DNA of 64,000 bases, taken from contig NW_003314263.1 in NCBI RefSeq assembly GCF_000143415.4, forward strand, positions 2,916,041 through 2,980,040, written 5' to 3'. The position numbers and the translations under genes are program-made. This document shows positions 1 through 11,379 of the stretch, piece after piece; positions within the stretch are counted from its first letter, which is position 1, and the number at the start of each line of letters is the position of its first letter. The stretch comes from Selaginella moellendorffii (Eukaryota > Plantae > Lycopodiophyta). The notes under the pieces are model-generated. The model was not told where the DNA came from and did no database searches. It was given only the letters and a program-made list of their open reading frames with translations.

Positions 1-1261
1 GGCGACTCATGGGAAATTTTTCCCTCGGGATGCAAAAGGTGTGAGGGCTTTGATCGTCCGAGGATAACGACGAAGCCATGGAAGTGAGGGCAGAAAGGGT
101 ATGTTATGCGGCTGCTATGGCATTTTTGTTTCCACTTTTTAATTTTTTTTCTCTTTTAGGTGTCTGAGGATGGCCAAGTGCTAGAAGCTGTAAGACATTT
201 CTGGTCACCAGCAAACATTGTGTGTCTGGCAAGAACACGACAGAGCTGAAGCGATGATCGATGATTCCATCAAGAGAGGCGAGATTCTTTTGTGCTAAAA
301 TGCTATTACTCTCTAGAAAACGTCTAAAACATATTCTCCTTCTACCATATTGGTAAGAGAAGTTCTTCGAAAATTCCAGCAGCAGCAACTCAAAGTGGGA
401 TTTAACATTTGAATATGGATAATATCACCGCAGTGTGGATCATTGTCTCTGCGGGGGCATCTTCTTCCATTGCCTTCTAATCCTCTTGCCGCGCCCTAAA
501 CTTTGAATCAGTGCCTTGGCGGCACACTGACGTGGCAGCAATGAATGCATCCTCTTCAGAAATCGAGCATATCCCCTTCCCTTCCCGCCTAAATTCGCCC
601 TAGTCGTGCCCAAGTATCTTTGGTATATTCTCCGCATCTTTAACTTCACGGCCAGCAGAACACCGAGGGAGAAGAAGATCTCTGCCTAGGGTTTTACAGA
701 TCGATCGATAGATTTCTAGGCGCTTGGCAGCATTGAGAAATCATCCACAAGGTACATTCTTTCTTCCCTTGCTTGGTCGCCATCGCCATAGTTCACCGGG
801 ATTGTCTAGATCTGCGGCAGAATCCAGCGTGGGATTGATCGCTCAGGCTCTCTAGGCCGGGATTTCTTGGACTGGATGCCGGATTATCACGGATTCACCT
901 CTTTTGCAATAGCATCGATGCATGAGCGCGTGGAAGCGACTGTTCCAGCGGTGCTGTTGGCGTGATCGTCGTATTGGAGAGCGTGGTTCTCATCCACCAG
1001 CTGAGAATCCGGGCAGGCAGGGTAGATCGAGCTCCCACGGCTCCAGAAAATTGGTAAGCTATCTTCTAACTTATAGATCGACGTGCATAACTCATGAAGC
1101 TCCTCTTGCAGGAAGGACGAGCTTCCACTATCTCGCCGCCAAATCCACAGCCAACTGTGACTAGTTCTAGCAGAGGAAAGCATTGGTACGTTCTTCTTTT
1201 AAACTGGGAACTGACAAGTTTCTATCCAGTTCTTAGTTCCAGACGCTAGACTTCGAATGCA

Positions 1262-4200
1262 ATGAAAGAGAGAAGAGAGAATCTGGACATTCTCAAGCCC
1301 GAGATCATTGACATGGTTGTCAAGAAGATGAAGCATAACACATATCTCTCGCTCGAGTTCTTTACGCTGGCCATGAGAATCTCCAGCTTCCGGCACGACG
1401 TGGTGATGGTCATGATCCTTGGAGTCGATGGCAACTATTTCATGGCGATCACAGACATGCCCCGTGGAAACGATCTCTACGTGAAGACGAAGTATGACAG
1501 GAAGCTGCGGCCTTCACCTCGTCCCAGACAGCAAAAAGTCCCCGAAGCAGGCTTGGATAGGTTCAGCATGGTAGCAGTCCAACACCAGCTCGGGAGGAAG
1601 ACTTACACAGCCGACGAGCAGGAAGGCAACTACGTGGATCTGATAATGAGTCACAAGCAGTACAGGCAGGAGCTCCATCTTCACAGAGGGAAGAAGCAGT
1701 GGAACGTCCGTGCAGTCAGGGACAAGTTTCTGGTCTACGAGACACTTCCTCCCGCGAGTGACACTGGTGATGATCCTCTGGTGCTTTGCGGTCGCGACAA
1801 GATCGCCATTGTTCAGCCATTGTCAGTAACAGTGAACAACCAGGCGAAGAATGTCTCGTGGAACTCGTTGGGCTTGCAGGAATGCAAAGAAGAAAGGGAG
1901 AACTATATGGTGCCGAGCAGTAAGGAGGGTCAGCCGGGTTTAGTTCCAGGCAAAGGAGCTCTAGTCTTCCACAAGACTGTGAAGAAAGGAGGAGGGAGCT
2001 GGAGCTCCAAGACGGTTGCGAAGCTGGATAACAGGCTCAAGACTGGGATAACGCACCCCTACCAGCTCTGCGTGGTTCTCAAGAAGCTCAACGATGCCTC
2101 TCTCTCCCTCAAAATCTTTACGTGGGCCAAGACAATGCAGCACGACCTGGTGATGATCATGATCCTGCACAACTATCTCATGGTGATCACAAAACTGCCC
2201 CGTGACGACGATCTCTACGTGAAGACGAAGCATGGTAGGAAGCTCGGGCCACCACCTTGTCCGAGACTAAGTCGAGAGCAGGAATTCGCAGACCACCAAG
2301 CAGGCTTCAGTGTGGCAGCACTCCACCACCAGCTCGGGAAGAAGACCTACACAGCCGAAGAGCAGGAAAGCAACTGCGTGGATCCAATCCTGAGTCACAA
2401 GGAATACGGGCGGAAGCTCCACCTTCATAGTGGGAAGGAGCAGTGGAACATCCATGCAGTCGAGGACAAGTTTCTGGACTACGAGACAGTGAGCGACACC
2501 GATGATGATCCTCCAGGGGTTTGCAGTCGCACCAAGTTCGTCAGTGGTCAGCCTTTGTCAGTAACAGTGGACAACCGGGCGACGAAGGTCTCCTCGTCAT
2601 GGAACTCGTTTCCAGTGTGGAGCTTGCGAGAAGGAACAGAAGAAACGGGGAACTATATGGTGCTGAGCAGTAAGGTGGTGCTACCAGGTTTACTCCCAGG
2701 CAAAGGAGCTCTAGTCTCCGATGCTTTGTGCGAGATTTTGAAGGAAGGAGGAGGGAGCTGGAGGTCCGAGATAGTTGAGAAGCTGGACAGGCTCAAGCGC
2801 GGGAAAACGCACCCCCACCAGGTCTGCGTTGCTCTCAAGAAGATGAAACACGATGCATCTCTCAAGCTCTTTACGTGGGCCAAGACGATCCCTGGCTCTA
2901 AGCACGACTTGGTAAACTACTGCACGATGATCATGATCTTGGGAGATGACGGCAACTATCTCATGCCGGAGGCACTCTTCATTGATCTCCAGGAGCTCGG
3001 GCTTTGCATTGACACGTTTGCAGTGAACAACATGATCCCCTGCTACACAAGAGTGAACCGGATCCAGGAAGCTGTCGACCTCTACAGAAAGATACCATAC
3101 TTTTCAGACAATTGCATCCCCGGCCTCCTCGTCGACTGGTGCAGCACTGGTCTCCAGGGAAACAATAAGGTGGCAGTTCCAGACAGCGGCACGCTAGTCT
3201 TGAATGCTTTCTATGAGGCAATGGAAGAGGGAGGAGGGAGCTGGGACTTTGAGACGGCTGAAAATCTAGACAGACTTAAGCGTGGGATCAACATGATTCT
3301 CAAGAAGATCCAGCACGATGCATCTCTTGCGCTCGAGCTCTTTATCCTGGCCAAGACGATCCCTGGTTTCCAGCATGACCTGGCCAACTACTCAACGATG
3401 ATCATGATCCTGGGAAACGCTGGTAACTATCTCACGGCCAAGGCACTCTTCACTGAGATTCAGGAGCTCGGGCTTTGCATCGACATGGTTGCAGCCAACA
3501 ACATAATCCGCTGCTACACAAGCGTGATCCAGGATGCTCTTGACCTCCAAATTGGGAAACTCTGTGGTACCATCGGGATTGCGGTTGCTGGCAAGCATGG
3601 GAGCTTCGTGGTATTTTTCGACAGTCTCGTAACGGAGATTTCATCAGATCAAATTGGCCAACTATATCTAGAAGAGAAGGACAGGGAATACCGGAAGGTG
3701 ACTGTGATTCGTGACGAGCCACAACTACAAATCGGCATTGCTGGGTCCGTAAGTGACGCTCGCTGCATCATAATGGTACTGAAGATTGAGATGTCAAGTC
3801 AGGCTCAGCATGGAGTCACCATGACTTGTGAGGCAGCTGCAAATTTCGTCTTCCAGCGCTGCGTGGCTGATGAGCACTGTACGAGATCAAGCTTTTTCAT
3901 TTTTGACAACAAGAAACTCTTCGCTGTTAAGAGAGACAACACGCGCCAGTACCAGCTCTTGCAATTGGACGCAGTGGAACAGCCGTTTTTGACTATCGGT
4001 TCTGGTGGCCCGCATGCCGAAGGTATTCTGCGAGATCCACGGCCAGGTGTGGTTGGATTTTGTTTCCTTGAGATTGGATTAAGCTGCTTTTGAATTCTGC
4101 AGGGCAAGCTCACGGGAAGAAAGCCACTCTGGGCCAAATCACTAATCTTGGGCTCGATGCCCTCGCAGAAGCATGCGACAATGATCCACATTGCGGCGGA

Positions 4201-4335
4201 GACAAATATTATGCGTATTCAAATGTTAAATCCCACTTTGATGAGCTGCTGCTGAAATTTTCGAAGAAGAACTTCTCTTACCAATATGCGAGAAGAAAGA
4301 GACCAAGAGGTAAACTAAACATGGCTTTGTTTTAG
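1262..4335 (+). CDS. Chimeric protein (~1005 aa spliced): tandem partial copies of the PPR-SMR N-terminal region fused to a proteasome-beta/HslV-like Ntn-hydrolase domain; exons 1262-4046, 4103-4335
   Basis: The 943-aa ORF repeats DLYVKTK..RKL and LKLFTWAKTIPG..HDL.NY.TMIMILG blocks that also occur in the 45046-47418 PPR protein. The C-terminus reads LCG|TIGIAVAGKHGSFVVFFDS..EYRKV..IGIAGSVSDA..TIGSGGPHAEGIL. An in-frame GT-AG intron at 4047-4102 adds ATLGQITNLGLDALAEACDNDPHCGG. Confidence 0.7.
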
Positions 4336-4360
4336 ACATTTTCTAAGGAGTAATAGCATT

Positions 4361-4831
4361 TTAGCACAAAAGAATGTGGCCTCTCTTAATGGCATCGTCG
4401 ATCATCGCCTCAGCTCTGTCGTAGTGTTCTTGCCAGACACACAATGTTTGCCAATCAACATCCGGTGACCAGAAATTTCTTACAGCTTCTAGCACTTGGC
4501 CATCCTCAGACACCTAAAAGAGAAAAAAATTAAAAAGTGGAAAACAAAAGCCATAGCATACCCTTTCCGCCCTCACGTCCATGGCTTCGTCGTTATCCTC
4601 GTCAACAATAAAGACGATCAAAGCCCTCACACCTTTTGCATCCCGAGGGAAAAATTTCCCATGAGTCGCCACACTACCTTCATATGGCACTGGCAAATCC
4701 TTTGCTGTGTAGCTCAAGAGGTAGTACTCTCGCCCACTTAGTTCATCAATCATGGCCACCTTCCCAAGTATAAAATCGCCCTTATAATTCTTGGCCATGG
4801 CTTCCATCATCTGCCTGGCAATCGCCTCCAT
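4361..4831 (-). CDS. Orphan ~140-aa two-exon gene (exons 4831-4562, 4513-4361), convergent with the Ntn-domain gene
   Basis: ORF MEAIARQMMEAM...DVRAER, then a 48-nt GT..AG intron, then VSEDGQVLEAVRNFWSPDVDWQTLCVWQEHYDRAEAMIDDAIKRGHILLC*. An upstream exon is possible (tttag acceptor just before the ATG). Confidence 0.5.
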
Positions 4832-5439
4832 CGCGACCTCGACCTAAAACAATGCCTGGACAGCAATCCTTTATTTGGAGGGCTGCATCCAAAAGTGACT
4901 TACTCCCGGAATATTCTACAGCAGTCCTTTATTTGGAGGGTACTTTGAGCTGAGATGCTGCATCTTCATTAAAATAAAATCATCAAAACAGCTTATTATA
5001 ATCCGTTGGTCTCATGTTTTCTTGGTGGGTGTTGCAAGACCAACAGTTAATGAATGAATGAAAACAGTGCTGGCTATGTTTCAGAATTTGTCCAACATTG
5101 AATCCGGTTTTCAAGAAGCTCAAATAAGCCACCAACTCACACTTTCGGTGTCTTTGCCTACGTTCCAGCGCCTGGATACAAGGGCATAGGAGTGGACTTT
5201 AACTCCGCCCGAGTTTAAGGTACACACTCTCCGCTTGTTTGCCAAAAGAAGTGTCAATGCATAGTATTGCTTAAGTCCCATCAGAGACCAGGCCAAGAAG
5301 CAAAGCGAATCACCGTGTATTATAGCGTTGTGAGCATTGCAAGGCTCCCCGGCAGCATCTAACAAGGATTTAGCCATGCCATTTCTGTAACCTGAGAATT
5401 AAACGTCATTACAGACTTTCGGGACAATTGCGTCTCCAG

Positions 5440-5630
5440 CCTCCCATCGACTGGTGAAACGCTAGTCTTTAGGAAACAGTAAGGTGGCAGTTCCAGCAGA
5501 GGCACGCCAGTCTTAAACGCTTTTCTAAGGCGATGGAATGGGACTCCGAGACGGCTGAAGTCTGGACAGACTTAAGTGTTGGATCAACATGGTTCTCAAG
5601 AGACTCGAGCACAATGCATCTCTTGGGCTA
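5440..5630 (+). pseudogene. Degenerate PPR-SMR-derived fragment
   Basis: Similar to 3120-3330 (atcgactggtg..aaggtggcagttccag..gacagacttaag..gatcaacatg), with stops. Confidence 0.65.
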
Positions 5631-5914
5631 GTGAAGGTTTCAACTCCGTTCCCCGAGTCCAAGGTACACACTCTAAGATCTCGTTGTCTTTTCATAGCAG
5701 TTTGCAGACGAATTTCTATCCGGGACTGCAAGTTCATCGCCCTGCTTACAAGCATACAGCAAGGGAAAGCGGTGGAATCCAAGTATCTCATGTATGTCAA
5801 AGTAAGTCGCTCGAAAAGCTTATAAGAAGAGCGTAAGACTTTTTATGCATAGGTGAAAGTGTTCCCGGTGGAAGACGGTTCCAAGTAGGATACATCGATG
5901 TTGATGGTGGGGTT

Positions 5915-6460
5915 GTGACGAGGATTTGATAGCTGAGAGCAGTGGTACGATGCAAATGTCTCAATTCCAGGCTGCGATAAAGAAATCTTTTTTCGCTTTC
6001 ATTTATTTTTCGTGCTGCTGTGGGGATACATACGATCAGTGCAGCTTTCCAGGTCTTTCTGGTTCTGTTCTATTCGCGTAGCACGCTGCGATTTTTTTAT
6101 AATGTACCTCTTACGAGCAGCGGAGCATTCATTCCAGGTGCTAAGCTTGTGGCGGAATGTACACGAGTGAAGCCTTGCACGTCCCTTCCTTACAGGTCTC
6201 TGTCTAGTTTGGATAGAAACCTCTTTCCTTCTTTTGTTAAGTGTAGTTCTTCCATTCCATCTGAAGACCCTCTGAAGTTACATGACTACCGGCTGCTTGG
6301 AAAACCTTGATGAAGCTTATGAGCACGAAAGAGTCGCTTCACAATGCCATGGTCCTCGTAATGAGGATCGACAAAGACATCGCAATTTCGAGGTTGTGGA
6401 AACTTTATTTTTCTGGTTACTGAATTCGTTAGCGATGTGCTGGCCACAAAGTTTCCTCGC
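5915..6460 (+). pseudogene. Captured, decayed DHAD (ilvD) gene fragment with intron remnants
   Basis: cagtggtacgatgcaaatgtctcaattccaggctgcgataa and ttccattccatctgaagaccctctgaag..cacgaaagagtcgcttcacaatgccatggtc match the reverse complement of DHAD exons at ~62450-62540 and ~61710-61860. Confidence 0.85.
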
Positions 6461-7259
6461 CTTATAATAGATCACTTCGATTTATTGTGGATCTATTAAG
6501 TGAAGCATTGGTAGCTTGCCCTTCCGAGCAAACTATGTAAGCTGCACAGCTCCTGCTTGGTCTTTCAGCTCCTCGGGTGTGTTAAAATGATGGCCATGGG
6601 ATCAGCACCGACATTCATGGATTCACAGAGAAGGGGTGCTGTGGAGGCAATCAGCGCAAGAGGACTCGGAGCTGTGGTGAGATGCTGATCATGTAAATAG
6701 ATCTTCTTGCTGAGCAGTGTTGAGTGTGATTTCCTTTCCCTGGACTTTTCTTTGTTTTTCTTTAGGGAGGCCGGAGAAATCGTTTTCATCAAGACTAACC
6801 ACCTTGATTGTCTGGTTGATTATATGGAAGCGCGAACTACTCCCAGCGCATTTATGTCACAAAAGAAGGTTTTTTTTGTTTCTGCGTGACATAAAACTTT
6901 CTCTGTTTCACCAGCTTCATGTGAGAGAGATAATATCGCGCAGTACGATGGAGTTTTTTTGCATTTTTGTCGAGGTGCGTTTTGGCTTAGAGGGAGTTAC
7001 GCAAGGTTTACGCTTAACCGGTATCCTCGTCGACTGGAGTGATGGAGGGAGCATTCGTGATGGTTTTGCTGCAAAACGTTCCTTGGGGTAATCCCGACTC
7101 CAAGGTCACACTTAAGATTTCGCGTTCCCTTACGTCCATAGCAGTTTGCATATGGTCTTCTGGATCTCATTGTTCTCCGGGACTCAAGCTCATTGGCCGG
7201 CTTAGGAGAATAAAGCGGTGGAATGCAAGAATCTCACGTATGTCTCACTCGAAGCTTTC

Positions 7260-7790
7260 CTGGCACTGGCCAGCTATGTATATTCCGCCACAAGCTGGAC
7301 ATGAATGCTGCAAACTTTCAGTCGCTGCTCGTCATAAGTACGTTAAACAACAAATTCGCGCCAGGAAAGAAAAAAGAACCAAACATATCTGTGTACACTG
7401 ATCGTATGCATGCCTGTTGACAATTCCAGGTTGCGGGTAGCATTTGCAGCTAGCACGAACAAAAAAATGAAGACGATAAGAAAGAACTCACGTTGACAGT
7501 TCCTCCGTGATCGATTACCTCACCATCAACGTTGATGTATCTTCCTTGGAACACTCTTCCACCGGGAACGCTTGCACCTATATATGCATCAAAGATCAAA
7601 CAAAGCCTTTATACAGGTCTCCGTCTCTTCTCGATAGAACTTATCTTCTTTTATACATGCAGATTTTCCATTCCATCTGAAGACCCAAGAGCACTTGATG
7701 GAGTTGCTGAAGATGAAAGATACGAGAGTCGCTTGACATGCCATTGTCCTCGTAATGGTGCTGGGTAGTGGAAACTTTGATCCACTGCCA
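7260..7790. pseudogene. Second decayed DHAD fragment, partly inverted
   Basis: ctggacatgaatgctgcaaactttcagtcgctgctcgtca matches 62005-62044 directly; ttccattccatctgaagacc matches the DHAD sense strand. Confidence 0.75.
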
Positions 7791-7998
7791 ATGATGATTC
7801 CCCACCAATGTGTTGCTTGCCTTCGATTGGAACAAAGTTGGCAAGCTAAAGGTCTTCTTTGTCCCAGTCTTAACCTTTTGTGTTATTCCAGGTGGAGGAT
7901 TTTAGAAAATTGTAATACACTGGAAAAAAATTTGTCACCCAGAAATGTTAGGCAATCTTTGTATAGTGTAATGTTTGTATGATTTAAATATTGTTCAT

Positions 7999-8250
7999 TT
8001 CAATGAATGCTTTTTCCAAGTGATGATGTTGTCACTTTAGACGAATGCTCCAATTGCCATGTGCTGAAGGCTGGATGCATATATCTAGAGCCTGGAACGA
8101 GTCCAATTTGTCCCCTATTCGTCAAAAATTGTGAACCACCACCAAAATTCAAAGTCTGGATGAGCACTTTCCACTGCCAATAAATGTTGATGACAAGTCT
8201 TCCTTTGGAGGATGCCGTGAAGATTTGTTGAGGCACAGATCTGATCTTTC
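7999..8250 (+). pseudogene. Decayed Pin-II inhibitor gene fragment immediately upstream of the P450
   Basis: gtgatgatgttgtcactttagacgaatgctccaattgc..aaggctggatgcatatatctagagcctggaac..aaggatgccgtg matches 34687-35020. Confidence 0.85.
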
Positions 8251-8346
8251 TTATGTTCAGAAAGTCCACTTAGAACAACGTGGCGGAGAAAAAAACCACG
8301 CACTGCAAAATAAAGGTTGGACAATTTTTGCTTTCATAGGCTACCG

Positions 8347-9862
8347 ATGTATATCCTCTTTGTGGCGTTAATTCTCTTCTTGGTTCTCTCATGGAGTTAC
8401 AAATCTCACAAAAACGTCCCCCCAGGCCCATGGGGACTGCCTCTGATCGGCCATCTTCATTTATTGGCAGGAACACTCCCACATAAGGGATTACAATATA
8501 TCTCCAAAAAGTATGGCCCCGTTGTATTCTTGAGGCTGGGAATGATGCCCACCGTGGTTATCTCTAGCCAGGAGCTTGTCAAGGAAGTCTTTACAACACA
8601 CGACGTGAATTTTGGTTCCAGGCCATACATGGTTTTAGGCGAGCATTTCAGCTACAACTATTCGGGACTTGGGACTTGTCCATATGGGAAGCACTGGAGA
8701 GACTCTCGCAAGCTGTGTACTATAGAGCTTTTCACAGCCAAGTGCATAGATTCCTTCGCGTGGATGAGAAAGGAGGAGCTCTCTCATGCCTTGCGAGTGA
8801 TTCTCGGCGGCAGCAAGCCAGTGAAGATGAGGGCGTTACTATCCAATTTTGCTTTCAACAATATGTCCAGGATTTTGATGAGCAAGAGGTATTTTGGTGA
8901 CGACGAAGTAGACAGAGATGCTGTAGAGTTTAAGGAGATGCTGAGCTCTGTTGTTGACCTGGTGATGAATCCCTGTGTTAGCAACTTGGTGCCTTGGTAC
9001 TTGAGATGGCTAGACTGGCAGATCCCTCGCTACAAGCGAATCCATGCCAAGCAAGACAACTTCTTACAAAAGATAATTGACGAGCACAAGGAGACAACAC
9101 GGGAATGCAAGGACTTCCTTGATATCATGCTCGAGTTCTACGGAACAAATGTCCAGGGGGAAACACACATAAAGGCAAATCTTTTGGTAAGAGTTCTTCT
9201 ATACTTTGTGATTGCCATAAATTTCATTCCAGGAGATGCTTGTCGCTGGAACCGATACTTCTGCCACCACAAGCGAGTGGCTCATGGCCTCGGTGATGCA
9301 CAATCCTCGGGTTTTGATCAAGCTCCAGCAGGAGCTTGACAGAGTCGTAGGCGGCAACCGGATGGTCCAAGAATCCGACCTCCCAAAGCTCGACTATCTC
9401 CAGCTTGTCCTCAAGGAGACATTTAGGTGCTATCCTCCAGGAGTGCTACTTTTCCCACGCATGTCTACCCAGGACGTCACAGTTGCCGGCTATCACGTTC
9501 CAAAAGGGACCACTCTCCTGGTGAATGCTTGGGCCGTGCACATGGACCCGGAAGTGTGGGAGAATCCCACACAATTCCAGCCGGAGCGCTTCTTGGGGAG
9601 CTCCATCGATGTCAAAGGCCAAAACTTTGAGCTGCTCCCATTTGGAGCCGGGCGGAGAAAGTGTCCGGGAATGTCCCTGGGATTGCGAACAGTGGAGCTG
9701 CTCGTGGCAAATCTAATTCACGGCTTTGACTGGAACTTTGTACCGGGGACGACACCGTCCATGGAAGAGGTTTTCAATAGTGCTTGCTACCTCAAGACTC
9801 CACTGCAAGCCATGGCCACTCCAAGGTTACGTATGGACATCTACAAGAACATGATCATGTAA
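8347..9862 (+). CDS. Cytochrome P450, CYP71 clan (A-type), ~489 aa; exons 8347-9186, 9233-9862
   Basis: Membrane anchor followed by PPGPWGLPLIGHLHLL; I-helix AGTDTS, K-helix KETFR, PERF, heme loop PFGAGRRKCPG; single 46-nt GT-AG intron at the conserved pre-I-helix position. Confidence 0.95.
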
Positions 9863-10445
9863 ATGTAAAACGTGGATATATTTCTATTTTAAAATGTTTA
9901 CTTAGGAGCTTTTGAATATGACTACCGCATTAAAGATGATGCTCTAGGAATCAGCATAAAAGACACATTTGACAATTGAACTCCAAGCAGTTGGGATCTC
10001 TGAGTTGTGTGGTGGATTGGTCCATAAAGATTAAAGCCCATTCTTTGGTTGGCCACCTTAATTTGAATGATGCCCAAGGAGGTATTTACCATACACAGCA
10101 TAAAATTTGGTTTGAAGCAACCATTTCAACTATAATTGGGGCTTAAAACTTCTTCATATGTAAAGTACTGGAAAGACACTCGTAAGTTGTTTTCCATAGA
10201 GCCAACCAAGTGCATCAATTCATTTGTGTAGACGAGGTATATAGTATGGATAATAGAGACTGATTATTTGATATATTATGTAGCTCTTTCTTAGGCATGT
10301 TTTACATTCACCAAGTCCTATACCATGTTAATTGCTATATCTAAAATATACTTGAATATTTTGGGATAAATCTTGTATATATAATGTTTATAAATTATAA
10401 ACTTTTCTAAACACTTTTTAATTTAATAGTTGATATGTAAAAAGA

Positions 10446-10472
10446 CTAGTAAAGATCCCAGCTTTGCTGGGA
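10446..10472 (-). mobile_element. Putative canonical Helitron 3' terminus (hairpin followed by CTAG|T)
   Basis: Minus strand reads TCCCAGC-AAA-GCTGGGA tcttta CTAG T, next to AT-rich DNA; degenerate copy near 31880. Confidence 0.45.
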
Positions 10473-11379
10473 AAAATATATGTTGGAGTGAATAATGTAT
10501 TTGTTTACTTCAAGTTAAAATAAAAAATTAAAAAGATGTGGAAAAATATAATACCACATAACTTACTATGTATTATATGTTTCTATAAATTTAAATGATA
10601 CCTCACTAAAGTTTAAAAGTTTTATTTCTAATTTAAAATTATAAAATACTTTCTTGTTTTAATCACTTATATGCCTCTCTTGTTGGAATCGTCAATCATC
10701 GCTTCAACTCTGTCGCGGTGTTCTTACCAGACACACCATGTTTGCCAATCAACATCCGGTGACCAGAAATTTCTTAAAGCTTCTAGCACTTGGCCATCTG
10801 AAGGAGAAAGAAGGAGAAAAAAATTAAAAGTGACAAAAAAAACTTTCTCAGTCCTCGTTATCCTGTCTAAAACAAAACCATATTTAGTCTACCTCTTGGT
10901 CTCTTTGAATATTTCAGCAGCAGCACATCAAAGTGGGATTCTGATTTTGTCGCATGCTTCTGCGAGGTCCAAGATTAGTGATTTGGCCCAGAGTGGCTTC
11001 TTCCCGTGAGCTTGCCCTGCAGAATTCAAAAGCAGCTTAATCCAATCAGTGAAAGTGAAACCTTTTTCGTGACCTTAATGCGATGTCCTGGGAGTAGTGG
11101 CAAAACATTGCGCTTGTACTACCTGAACAAAAAATTCCAGGAAAAGAGCACAGCTCGTTCTAGGAGAAGATCTACTCATATGATCGAGTTCATAAGCCAC
11201 AAATTCCTCTTGCGCTGATTGTCCCTCGGAATCCAAGAAAGACGGATCTCGAGCTCCAGCGCCATCGAGCAATACGTGTCCATTCCCGCCTATTCACAAG
11301 TATCTCTGGTATATTCTTCGCATCTCTTCACGTCGCATGTAAGATCTCTCTCGAGGCGTTGTCTTTCTTCCCCCCTAGG

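Larger units (their letters stand above)
5623..10671 (+). repeat. Copy A of dispersed direct repeat (5623-8746 plus 10247-10671 match 28606-32101)
   Basis: Colinear near-identical blocks: DHAD fragments, Pin-II fragment, P450 5' part, AT-rich tail. Confidence 0.9.

Noticed and set aside
4047-4093. C-terminus VVGFCFLEIGLSCF* of the 943-aa ORF
   Set aside because: More likely intron read-through; splicing 4047-4102 restores the final Ntn helix and the D-x-x-C-GG motif
8317-9339. P450 seemingly split into two frameshifted ORFs (pseudogene)
   Set aside because: A 46-nt GT-AG intron (9187-9232) joins them in frame
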